A stretch of 48,554 nt of DNA from Saprolegnia diclina VS20. Its lineage: Eukaryota. Both the position numbers and the translations under genes were made by a program. The notes beneath the pieces are model-generated. The model did not search any database and was not told the DNA's origin. It saw only the letters and a list, made by a program, of their open reading frames with translations. Where the stretch lies: assembly GCF_000281045.1 (NCBI RefSeq), contig NW_008246121.1, positions 82,696-131,249 on the forward strand. The letters run 5' to 3'. Below are positions 35,001-45,851 of the stretch, in pieces (the stretch's first letter is position 1; every line of letters starts with the position of its first letter).

Positions 35001-37734
35001 TGCGCGCGCTCCGACCGCTCCGCGTCATCAACAAGATGCCGCAGCTCAAGGTCGTCGTCAACACGCTCTTCCGGTGCCTCCCCGAGATTGGCAAGGCGTT
35101 CGTCTTCTTCCTCTTCATTCTGCTCATCTTTGGCATCATGACTGTCATGTTCTTCCGCGGTGCGCTCGCGTCCTGCGACACGAGCCCGTACACGTACATG
35201 ACGAGCGAGACGCCGCCGCCGTGGTACCCTCGACCTCTCCTTTTGCGCTTTTAACATGACATTAGGTTTCCGCCCGACTACAATGGCAGCTACAACGCTT
35301 CAGATCTAACGCAGTACGACATCATGTCCTACCCGCGTCCGTGGACCCAGCTCTCGACGTCGGTCCAAGCTCAATTGGCCTCGGTAAGGCCCCACGTACT
35401 CTGCGACGACCATGCCTGCGACGTCGATGAGACGCCAACGTCGCGCGCCGTCTGCGAAGCGTTCAATCACACATGGGCCAACGTCGTACCGCAGCGCTTT
35501 GACAACATCTTCCTCGCCATGGGCTCGCTCTACGAGCTCACTACGATGGAGGGCTGGGCCGCGGTCGCCATTGCCTGCGTCGACGCGACCGGCGCCGACA
35601 TGCAGCCGATCAAGAATGCCAACCCGGCGATGATGTTCTTCTGGATTTTCTTTATGATTGCCGGCGCGTTCTTCATCACCAACCTCTTCATTGCCGTGCT
35701 CTGCGACAGCTTTATCCGAGAAAACTACGGCGTCCTCGTCACCGACGAGCAAATCAGCTGGATCAAGATGCAACAGCGCGTCTTGGCCATCAAGCCCGTC
35801 GTCGTGTTTCCGTCGCCCGCGCAGCCGATCCGGTGCGAATCGCCGACGTTGCGGAAGCTGATACACCGTCCCTAGACGCGTCGCCTACATGCTGGTGCAC
35901 TGGCGGAGCTTTGACGTGATTGTGATTGCGTGCATTTTACTCAACATGCTCGCGATGGCCATCACGTACTACGGACAGAGCGAGACCATGACGCTCCTCT
36001 TGAACGTACTCAACTACTTCTTTGCGGCCGTCTTTGTCCTCGAATGCGGTAAACTTGAATGCTATCCAATGTGTCTCATGGGAATGCAGTGCTCAAGATC
36101 ACGGCATTTGGCGCCGCCTACTACTTTGCGGACGACTGGAACCGGTTTGACTTTGCGGTTGTCTCTCTAACCGTCGTGAGTCTTGTCGTACCACTTGTAA
36201 GTCGCCCTCTTTGCTCCACTGACGAGAAGTTCCAGCGCCGCTAGGTCTTTGCAACCGAGTCGCTCGGGCCCGTGGCGACGATCATCCGCGTCTTCCGGGT
36301 CGGCCGCGCCCTGCGACTCATCAACCACGCCAAGCTCATCAAGGCCATGTTCGACACGATCCTTATCTCGCTCCCCGCCGTCGCCAACGTCACGGCGCTG
36401 CTCATGCTCATGTCGGACTTCAGCACTCTAAAATTCCATGTGGTCACGACTCAGTAGGTACTACATCTTTGCGGCCGTTGGCGTCCAGCTCTTTGCCAAG
36501 GTCGGCTTCCAGACCATGGTCAACCCGCACCAGAATTTCCAGACGTTCTGGATCGCGCTCCAGACGCTCATCGGCTTTTCCACCGGCGAGAATTGGCCCA
36601 ACTTTCTATGGGAAGTATACAACCAAGTGCCCGCGACGAACCCAACGTGCGCCGAGCGTGTCTACAACGAGTCCATGTGCGGCTTCAACACTGCGGAGGG
36701 GTGCGCCCCGCTCGACGGCTGCGGGTCGCCCTTCATTCTGCCCTACATGTACCTCTTCTTCTTCGTCATGGGCTACGTCGGCATCAACGTCTTCTCTGGT
36801 ATCGTCGTCGACGCGATCGGAGATACGTCCAACGCCGCCGTCATCACCAACGACGTGCTGGAGGCGTTCACATTCGCTTGGGCCAAGGTACCGTTGTAGC
36901 TTCCATTGCTGTCTTTGCTCACACCTGGCTCTCTAGTTTGACCCGAAGGGCACGGGCATGGTGACGCTGGACGACCTCGCGCACATCCTTCTCCAATTAC
37001 CGCCGCCCTTTGGCCTACGAACCACGCCCCATGCAACGATCAAGGCAGCGCAGCGACGCATGCGTAGGTCTCGGCTGCGTGTTGCAGCAGCCCTACGGGT
37101 GCCTCGTAGGGGACTTGCACATTGACGTGTACGACAAGCAGTACGTGCATTTCAAAGACGTACCGCGCGCCCTCGTGCTCCAAGCCGTCAGCAGCGTACG
37201 TGATTGGGTGCATAGTACGTTGGACAAGTTGTCTGTGCGCAGGGCGACCGGCAAAAGATGCTCGAGTGCGCGCAGATCATGGAAAACATGGGTTTTGCGC
37301 GCGCGTTCGACGACGCGTGGTTCAAAAAGTGCGACAAGACCAAGATGGACGCGCTCAAAGCGTTCGAAACCGCTAAGGTGTCGTCGTCGTCGTGACGAAG
37401 CGTCAAATGACATTTGGTGCTAGGCGCGTCATCACTTTGCGACCGAATTGATTGCGAGGTGCGGCGCGAATATCGCTTCACAGACGTTAATGGCCGGACG
37501 CGTAGGACACTTCTCGATCATGTGCATGCGCGACGACAGCTCAAGGCGTATGCTGCCGAAGCGGCGATGGAAAAAGCTACCACGGACAAGGGAGGTGCTA
37601 TGGCAGAAGAAGACGAAGCGACCAAGGAAGAAGGAGCTATGGTCAGAGCCACACCGCCGCGAGGCAATGACCGATCCGCCACGTCGTCGGCGCGGCACCA
37701 CAAGTCGCATAGTAAAGCCAAGCACAAAGCGTGA
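32083..37734 (+). CDS. Four-domain voltage-gated cation (Cav/Nav superfamily) channel alpha subunit; multi-exon
   Basis: Four S4 helices (LRILRVLRPLRTLR; LRALRAIKIAK; LRALRSLRALRPLRVI; IRVFRVGRALRLI) and four P-loops (TASGW, TYDNW, TMEGW, TGENW). It also has a III-IV linker LVTDEQISW and a C-terminal EF-hand-like WAKFDPKGTG...LPPPFG. The last exons are less certain. Confidence 0.9.
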
Positions 37735-37875
37735 TCTTCCTGTCCGGTGTTGGTTTCGTTTCCGGATACAAAAGCCATGGAGAGTGCCACGTCATGTCAT
37801 CCGGATAGTCGAGAAGGCGCAGCGGTTTCTGGCCACATCCAGAGCCACCGCCGAGTAGATCGTCGGAGAAAGGAC

Positions 37876-40238
37876 ATGCGCGTCTTCATTGGCAACTTGT
37901 CGTCGCCGCTCGGGACCGAGGTCGCGCGCTGCCTCCGGTCGTGCGAAGTCGTCGGCGCCGTCGAGAACCTCAAGCAGGCGCAAGCGACCAAGAAGCGGCT
38001 CATCGAGAACCGCGACCCCGAGCTCGGCGAGGGCCTCGAAGGCGCCGATGCGTTTGTCGAGAGCCCAGTGGTCGCCGCAAGTGACAAGCACAACGTCAGC
38101 GTCCTCCTCAAGCGCTGCCACGTGGCCGTCTACTCGATTTTGGACGACCCGGACGGCACGCTCGAGGCGCTAAAAGCCTTCGCCGACAGCAGCGACGACG
38201 GGCCCAAGCTCTTTGTCGCGGTCTCAAGCGTGCTCACGTGGGCCAAGACGCCAATGCCACCCAAGCAAGACGACTGGAAGGTTCTCTCTCGACAGTCATC
38301 GTAGGTTTGTCGCACACTCGACTTGCGTCTAGGGCCACAAGGAAGTCGACTTCAAAACGCGCAAGCCCGCACGCAAGTACGCCGAGTACAAGGCCGTCGA
38401 GACCCAAGTGCTCAGCGCCAAGCGAGACGGGCTCGCCACCATGGTGGTGGCCGCGGGTATGATCTATGGCGGCGCCGTGTCAAGCCTCCACTACCTCCTC
38501 CGGTACGACCGGTTTTTTTAATGTTTTCACTGACAGGTTAGGTAGCGAGGCCTGGCTCAACACAGACACAGACCTCGTGGTTCCGAGTGTCTCGGGGCTC
38601 AGTGGCGCCAACAAACTGCCCATGATCTGCCTCTACGACTTGGCCAAGATTGTGGCGGCGGTCGCGACGACCGTGTCGCCACCACCTGCGCCGTACATGC
38701 TCGCGCTCGACAAGGCCGCCCCCACGCTACGCGAGGTTCCAGACCGACCATTTGCATCAACCCACCGTCGCTGGTGTAGGTCTGCGCCGCGATCAGCACG
38801 ACGCTTGGGAACGGCAACTTGCGCGACTTGAGCCCACCGGAAGCCGAGGAATTGCTGCTCGTCGAGCGCAGCATGGTGCACCTGCAGCTCAACCAAGTGT
38901 TTGACATGGAGGGCAGCGCGCTCGAGGCCCTCGATGTACGCTCGTCGGCTGCCACTATCGGCCTACATGTGACATGCCATGTAGATCGAGTGGCAGTTCC
39001 AATCCGGCATCGTTGCCAACATGGACGCCATTGTGCTCGACTACATCAAGGTCATGGACCTCCGGCCGCTGCGCGTCGTGGTGCTCGGGCCACCGCGCGT
39101 CGGCAAGTCGACCTTGGCTGCGTCGCTGGCCAAGACGTACTACCTGCCGCACCTCTCGCCAGCCTCGATCGCGCTCGAGCTCCTCAACACGGCCAAGCTC
39201 AACGAGCCGCTCCTGACTCTCAAGGAGGAGGTGAAGAAGTACAAGCTCGAGCTCTTCAACTTGCCCCTGGCGCTCGCGACGGACCTCTTGCGCTGGCGTC
39301 TGAGCATGCCCGTGTGTCGCAACCAAGGGTATGTGCTGGATGGCGCGCCCGTCTCGGTGGAGCAGGCCAAGACTCTCTTTCCGCCGCCCAAGCCGCCGGT
39401 CGGAGACGACGACGAGGGCAAGGACGGCGAGGACGAGGCCAAGACCGACGACGACAGTCCGGACGACGGCGCGCCAAAGGTCGTCAAACCCAAGAAGCCA
39501 AGTGTGTACGCCCCCAACCACGTTGTGGTGCTTGGGGCGCCCAAGCAGCTACTGCAGCGCCGCGCCCAGTCGCTCGCGCAAGACGAAGCCGAGAAAACGG
39601 GCAATACCGAAGTCGAGTTTGCCAAGCGCTACGACGCGTTCCAGAAAGAAAAGGGGCCCGACGGCGGACTCCTCCCGTTCTTTGAGAAGGAGAACGCACT
39701 CGAGGTGCTCGAGCTCGAGCTCAAGACCGAGGATGCGTTCAGCAACAAAAAGATTCTGCTCGAACCCGTAGCCAAGTACCTCGAAGCTGGCGGGAAGCCG
39801 TTCAACTACCACCCGACAAAGGAAGAAGTGCTGCAGCAACAACGCGACGTCGACGCCCAGCTCGTACGGCGCAGGATCGAGCCAGAGACCTCAAACGAAG
39901 CCGTAGGCGGCCGAGGCCGAGGCCGAGCAAAAGCGCATGAGCGACCTCCTCGCGCAAGAAATGTCGGAGAAGCAGTCGCGCGCGCTCTCCGAGGTACCAA
40001 AGCCTACAATCCTCGAGGGTGCGAGCCGTTTTTGTAGAAAACACGCCTCGAGATCATCCAAAAAGAAGAAATGGACGTGCTCGAAGCACGGTCCAAGCCA
40101 CTGCGCGCGTACCTCATGGAGACTGTGATCCCGGCGCTCACGGAAGGCATGCTCGAGGTGGTCAAGGTCCAGCCCGAAGACCCGATCGACTATTTGGCCG
40201 ATTTTCTCTTCAAGAAAGGCCAGTCCCTCGAAACATAG
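37876..40238 (+). CDS. AK7: Adenylate kinase 7 (ciliary), with C-terminal Dpy-30 motif; multi-exon
   Basis: N-terminal MRVFIGNL...FVAVSSVLTWAKT...RKPARKYAEYKAVE...AAGMIYG, P-loop LGPPRVGKS and CRNQGYVLDG. The C-terminus is PLRAYLMETVIPALTEGMLEVVKVQPEDPIDYLADFLF. Confidence 0.9.
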
Positions 40239-40307
40239 AGCAGAGCTTCATGACGAGGATGCATGTGCAATTTCGTGTTCTTGGTTCGTCCCACGTTTGC
40301 AAAGCTT

Positions 40308-42415
40308 TTACCAGACGTCGTTGACGAGGATCTCGGCGCCGTCCTGCAGACCATAGTAGCCCACGTCGCACGCTTCGTCGTCGAGCGGGATCGACATACC
40401 CTGTGGAGGCATATGGTTGATTGCATTGTATCATGAGGCGAGTACCTTCTTGCTGCTGCGGAACGACAGCTGATGCTCGGCAGGCTCAAGGCCGTACTTC
40501 TTTTGCACGAGCAGCTTGAGCTGGCCGACCTTCATGCTACAACAACGTGGGCATCGTTGGTACCACTGCATGCAACTCGCAGACGTCTCACTTGAGCGGC
40601 AGCTTCTTCTCCATCGGATCCATCGTCGTCGCGTTGATGCTCATGGGGAGAAAGGTCACCGCCACGAGGCTGCGTGCGAGCGCCGCGGGGCCATCGCGCT
40701 CACTCTGCGGCTTCTGCAGCCACGTCTGCGTTAGGAACGATCTCACCAATCGCGCACGTACTTGGATGTCGGGGTACTTGGCCACGAGCTCGTCGAAGCG
40801 CGGGTGGCTCGACGCGACTTTAAGCTGGTCGTCCGTCGACGGAAATGATGCGAGTTCGTGCAGGATCCGCTTGAGGTACATTTGTTCAGCGTCAAGGCGC
40901 TCCTACGTGCCATGATTGGCCACGATATATAGTTAGTCACCCTCGCACCTTGGCGCGAATCTCACTGCCGTTGAACGCCACCAAGCGGGCACACCGCGCC
41001 ACAATGATCTAACGGAACGATTGGCACACACACGGCGCATGGATGGCGACGTACCATGCGGGCTTCGCCAGCGCCGAGCGCCGCAATCAGCGGGTTTTTG
41101 GCAAAACGAAGCAGCTCGAGCGACGGAAGCGAGTTGAGCGCGTCCATGGAGGACCACGCATCAATGCTATGTCAGTGGTGTATGACTCCCAAGAGCGCGG
41201 GGACATGGTTGGTTGTACAGGTTGTCGGAGATCGAGATGCTCACGAGCGACGAAAAGCTGCCGGACGGCGTCGGAAGGATCGCGGGCAGCGCGTTCCCGT
41301 TCAAAAGCACATGCTGGAGCGACGGGAGCGCCCCGAGGCTCTGCTGGAGCACGCTCCAGTCACCCAGCTTGTTGTGGGAAAGGTCGACGAGCTCAAGGTG
41401 CGTCGGCCACGGGAGCGTCGCCGCCGCCAACAGCTACGCCATCGATAAGACCCGTATAGCGTCGTCAAGTCACAAACATCAGCGTCAGTAAGCTCGTTCG
41501 AGGCGACGTAGAGCTCGCGCAGCTGCGGAAAATGAGCGCTGCACACACGCTGGACGTCGGTCCACGTGAGGTTGGTCTGGTTCAAGACGAGGCTCGTCAC
41601 GAACGGAAACGTGACGTTGCTCGTCGCTGGGACGTCGAACGCAAGGCGATTCCCGCTAAGCACGAGGTGCTCAAGTTTCGGTAGCGCGTCGGCCAGCGTT
41701 AGCACCTACATATTACATGGCGATGCGTCCATCAAGGCGGCTGCTTGACGTACCTCGCGCCACGACCCGAGGAGGTTGAAGCCAAGGTTGAGCACTTCAA
41801 TGTTGGGAGCCATCGAGCGGAGAACGTCGGGCTCGGGCATGCGCGCAATGCGGCACGACTAACCATGAGATACATGCAACCTCTTCGGAAACATTCGTCA
41901 TCATCGTATGTACCTCGAGGGAGACCTTGCAGATGACGCCGAGGTCCTGGCGTTCCCTATGTCGCCATTAGGAGAGGTTCATGAGTGCATCATGAGTAGC
42001 GTACTGGATCTTGTGCACACCCACGAGCTGGATGCTCTTGGAGCTACCGCTGCTGGTCCCGACCTCTCCTGCGACGCGGACGTCGCTGACCTCGGCCTGC
42101 ATGTAGCGCTCGTGGAGCGCGTCGAGGAAGCCGACGCCCCGCACCACCTTCTCGGGCACGACGAAGGACCCACTCGTCGGCGCAGCTGTCGTAAAGTACC
42201 GGACGCCGCCGGCTTCGCCATCATGCTTCCCGCGGCTCGCATCGTCCCACTCGATCCCTAGGAGCATACAAGCATCCACCATGGACCTTCCGTGCTTCCG
42301 CCATCTACCTACCGTAGTAGATGGCATCCGCTCCCTTGGAGTGGATCGGCCCCGCGTAGCGCAGCGTCCCGCGGAAGCCCTCGGCGTCTTGGACGCGGTC
42401 CCCGAACGCGGCCAT
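40308..42415 (-). CDS. TBCE: Tubulin-specific chaperone E (CAP-Gly, LRR, ubiquitin-like); multi-exon
   Basis: MAAFGDRV...GTLRYAG...YYG|IEWDDASRGKHDG (CAP-Gly), then FLDALHERY, IQLVG and LRRs (LNLGFNLL, LVLSGNRL, VDLSHNKL), then AEQMYLK and a C-terminal Ubl ending DGAEILVNDVW*. Confidence 0.9.
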
Positions 42416-42637
42416 CTCGACAAAACAGCAAATGATTCCCCCCTGTGGGAAATAGGTTGTTTTTCACGTGAATAATGTGTATGGAAGTGACCTACTAGTA
42501 CATCTCTAGGTGTTTTACACACGTGTATTTTTCACTGCTGCACGACGATCGATCCTGAGGAGGCAAGTCGAGTCGATGAAAAGACAAATGTCTTGTTGCG
42601 AATTATACATGCAAATGGTACAGTGGGTAATGATAGC

Positions 42638-45600
42638 TTACGCGACCGTGCGCGAGGCGCGGACCGAGCGGGCGTGCTGCGTCACACGCGCGTGCGACAT
42701 GGACGGGTGGCCGGCGTTGATGCGCGAGTCAAAGGCCGTCGACGCGTACGTGTTGGCGTTGAGGACGTAGTTGACCGCAAACTTGATCAAGTCGAGCGGG
42801 AAGTGCCACACGATCGACCACAACCAAGCAATCACGAGGTAGCCGCCGCCGCAGCCAAACACAGCGATACGGTCCGACGGGTACCCGTTGAAGCCGTAGT
42901 AACCGATGACCGACGCCACGACCTGGGCAAAGACAAACGCGATGAGGAGGAGGTTGCACGGCTTCTCGGCAAAGAACCACGTGTTGATACCGGCCGTGCG
43001 CGTGACGAAGATGAGCGCCTGGCCCGAGATCGACACCTGCGTGTAGACCAGCGAGCGGAGGATACCGTCCTTCTTCTGCATGCCGGGGCCGATGGCCTTG
43101 TTGCCCTTGGTGTACTTGGTGTTGAAGTTGGAGTAGTCCCACACAAAGTCGCAGAAGCTCACGCCGTTGGTCAACGGGATGTAGCCGCGACCGACAAACG
43201 CGACACCGTCGCCGTTCTTCGCAGCAGTGAGCTCGGCTTCTTCGGCCGTGTACTGCTTGACAAACTTGGTGTACACCTCGTCGGCAGACGGCTCGTAGCC
43301 GAGGTCGTTGATGTGGCTGCCCTTGAGGTTCTCGAAAAGCTTGGTCCAGTCCGAGTTCTTGGACTCAGCGTTGTACTTGGCCTTGTACCCTTCGACGAAG
43401 GCCTTGCGGTTCACGCGAAGCAACTCGAGGTTGGCAGCCGTGAGCGTCGGCCTGTACACCGAACCATCAAGTTCACCACAGGCAGCAGGGTCGTTGTCCT
43501 TCGTGCACGTCTGGACCTTCTCCGTGAAGTACGCGTCGCACGAGTCCTTGAGGCAGCTCACGCAGAGGTTCTCCGTGTCGATAAAGCCTTCGAACGCCGA
43601 CGTGTTGTACGCGACACCGACCAAGACAACCGTCGAGATCGTGAGCCAGATGCCAAAGCAGATCGACGAGATGAACACCTGCTTGAGCTTCCACGAGTCG
43701 GGCGTGCGCGACGCCGTCACATTGTCCTTGGAGATCGTCAAGATCGTGCCGTCGTTCAAGATGGCCAAGACGACAACGAGGATCGTGGGGAAGTACCAGT
43801 TCCAGCACACCGTGAGCAAGCCAAACGTCAAGACGATACGGACCGTCATCGCGATCGAGTACATGGCGTAGTTCTTCATGCGCAAGAAGATCTCACGCGA
43901 CATGCGGATGGCCGTGATGATGACCGAGAGACCGGGCGACACGAGCACAATGTCGGCAGCAGCACGGGCAGCGTCGGTGGCATCATCGACGGCAATACCA
44001 ATGTTGGCCTGCGCAAGCGCCGGCGCATCGTTGACACCGTCACCCGTCATGCCGACAATCTTGTCGAGCGACTGGAGCTGGCGCACAATCTCAAACTTGT
44101 GTTCGGGGAAGACCTGGGCAAAGCCGTCCGTCTCGTACACCATCTGCGCGAGGTTCACACCCGGCGGCGGCGCCTGGTTGAAGAACGACGTGTCCAAAAT
44201 GTTGGTGGGCATACCGAGCTGGCGGCACGTCTCGATGGCAATGACGCGGTGATCACCCGTGACCATCTTGACAGCGACACCCATCTCGATGGCACGCTTG
44301 ACCGTGTCGGCGGTATCGTGGCGCGGCGGGTCAAAGAGCGGGAGGATACCGACAAGCTTCCACGTGGCTTCCTCCATCGGGACATCGCCCTCCGAGTACG
44401 AGACACCAAGACCACGGTAACCGCGCGAGGCGTACTCATTGATGCGGCCCTCGACTTCGGCGCGAAGCGACTCGGCGTTGTCGTCCATGTCCAAGCACAC
44501 CTGCGGCGCACCCTTGCAGGCGCGGAAGATCTTGCCCGTCGCGTTGTCCTTGACCTTGGCGATCGTGCGCTTGGTCGTCGGGTCAAAAGGTGTGTAGTGG
44601 AGGAGCGTGTACTTCTGCCACATCGTGTCGTGGCCAGGGTACGTGTTGTGGCACACGACGTCGATGGCCTCGTTGTTCTCGATACGAGCCGAAAGAGCAC
44701 CAAAGAGGAGGATATCATCCGTCGAGTAACCGTTGTACGGGATCAAGTTGTCGAGGTCGACCGAGAGCTTGTTCAACGTGAGCGTGCCCGTCTTGTCCGA
44801 GCAGAGCACTTCCATCGACGCCATCTCTTCGATCGAGGTGAGGCGCGTGACGATGGCGTTCTCCTTGGCGAGAGCCGACGAACCAATGGCGAGCGTGACC
44901 GACAAGACCGTGGGCATGGCCACCGGGATACCGCCGACGATCAAGACGAGGATGTTGGCAACACCGAGGCAGCCATCCGTAATGATCAAGCACGGGTTCT
45001 CGTCCTTGCGAGCACCCATTTGCACGACGAGCTCAATGATGCACCAGACAACAATAGAGACCATGCAAAAGTTGCCGACCGTCGTGAGCACTTCCTGGAG
45101 GCGGCCCTGCGACTCGACGCCAGCAATCTGCTCGGCAGCACGACCGAGGAACGTGTGGATACCCGTGCTCGTGACAACAGCTTCGATTTCACCTTGCTTG
45201 CAGATCGAGCCCGAGTAGCCTTCGTCACCCTCGCTCTTGGTAACCGGCAGCGACTCGCCCGTGAGCGACGACTGATCGATCTTGACCGGATCACCTTCAA
45301 GGAACTTGACATCGGCCGGAAGCACATCACCGAGACGAATGCGAATCACGTCGCCGGGCACGAGCTGGTCGGCAGGGATGTTGATCATGGCACCATCGCG
45401 AAAGACCTTGCACTCGGGCGCAAGCTGACCCATGAGCGCAGCGACAGCGTCGCCAGCCTGCATCTCCTCAAAGTAGCCGATGCACGCGTTCAAGAGCAGA
45501 AGCGCGAGAATAAGGCCAAAATCCGGGAAGTCGAGCAAGACGATCGACAAGATGGCAGCGACCTCCATGGCCCACGAGAGCGGGTTCCACATGAAGCCGA

Positions 45601-45817
45601 GGAAGACCTTGAGGCGGTTGACCTCGTTCTTGGGCAAGGCGTTGGGTCCGTGCTCGATGAGGCGCTTCTCGGCCTCGGCGGTCGAGAGACCCTCACGGGT
45701 CGCCTTGAGCTTGTCGAGGGCAGCGTTGAGCGGGATGGCACCCCACTGGATCTGGCCCACGTCGTTGACGTAGTTCTTGGCGTCGTTGGGCGTCGTCATG
45801 CTCTGGTACGCTGCCAT
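42638..45817 (-). CDS. PMA1: Plasma-membrane H+-ATPase (P3A), intronless, 1059 aa
   Basis: LTGES, GGIPVAMPTVLS, CSDKTGTLT, KGAP, DPPR, MVTGD, GDGVNDAPAL and ILNDG motifs. Start MAAYQSM at 45817 is supported by the adjacent INR/FPR motif and by alignment to the second copy. Confidence 0.97.
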   Translation of the reverse strand: MAAYQSMTTPNDAKNYVNDVGQIQWGAIPLNAALDKLKATREGLSTAEAEKRLIEHGPNALPKNEVNRLKVFLGFMWNPLSWAMEVAAILSIVLLDFPDFGLILALLLLNACIGYFEEMQAGDAVAALMGQLAPECKVFRDGAMINIPADQLVPGDVIRIRLGDVLPADVKFLEGDPVKIDQSSLTGESLPVTKSEGDEGYSGSICKQGEIEAVVTSTGIHTFLGRAAEQIAGVESQGRLQEVLTTVGNFCMVSIVVWCIIELVVQMGARKDENPCLIITDGCLGVANILVLIVGGIPVAMPTVLSVTLAIGSSALAKENAIVTRLTSIEEMASMEVLCSDKTGTLTLNKLSVDLDNLIPYNGYSTDDILLFGALSARIENNEAIDVVCHNTYPGHDTMWQKYTLLHYTPFDPTTKRTIAKVKDNATGKIFRACKGAPQVCLDMDDNAESLRAEVEGRINEYASRGYRGLGVSYSEGDVPMEEATWKLVGILPLFDPPRHDTADTVKRAIEMGVAVKMVTGDHRVIAIETCRQLGMPTNILDTSFFNQAPPPGVNLAQMVYETDGFAQVFPEHKFEIVRQLQSLDKIVGMTGDGVNDAPALAQANIGIAVDDATDAARAAADIVLVSPGLSVIITAIRMSREIFLRMKNYAMYSIAMTVRIVLTFGLLTVCWNWYFPTILVVVLAILNDGTILTISKDNVTASRTPDSWKLKQVFISSICFGIWLTISTVVLVGVAYNTSAFEGFIDTENLCVSCLKDSCDAYFTEKVQTCTKDNDPAACGELDGSVYRPTLTAANLELLRVNRKAFVEGYKAKYNAESKNSDWTKLFENLKGSHINDLGYEPSADEVYTKFVKQYTAEEAELTAAKNGDGVAFVGRGYIPLTNGVSFCDFVWDYSNFNTKYTKGNKAIGPGMQKKDGILRSLVYTQVSISGQALIFVTRTAGINTWFFAEKPCNLLLIAFVFAQVVASVIGYYGFNGYPSDRIAVFGCGGGYLVIAWLWSIVWHFPLDLIKFAVNYVLNANTYASTAFDSRINAGHPSMSHARVTQHARSVRASRTVA

Positions 45818-45833
45818 GGCTGCCGAGGAGCGC

Positions 45834-45851
45834 GCAGAATGTCGAATGAGC
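45834..45851 (-). promoter_or_regulatory. Oomycete INR/FPR core promoter of H+-ATPase copy 1
   Basis: Minus-strand GCTCATTCGACATTCTGC lies 16 nt upstream of the ATG and is close to GCTCATTYYNCAWTTTNCY. Confidence 0.65.

Noticed and set aside
17113..42415. Ciliary or microtubule gene cluster (FAM183-like, AK7, TBCE, channel)
   Set aside because: The genes are scattered among unrelated ones, and such genes are common in flagellated oomycetes. There is no evidence of functional clustering.
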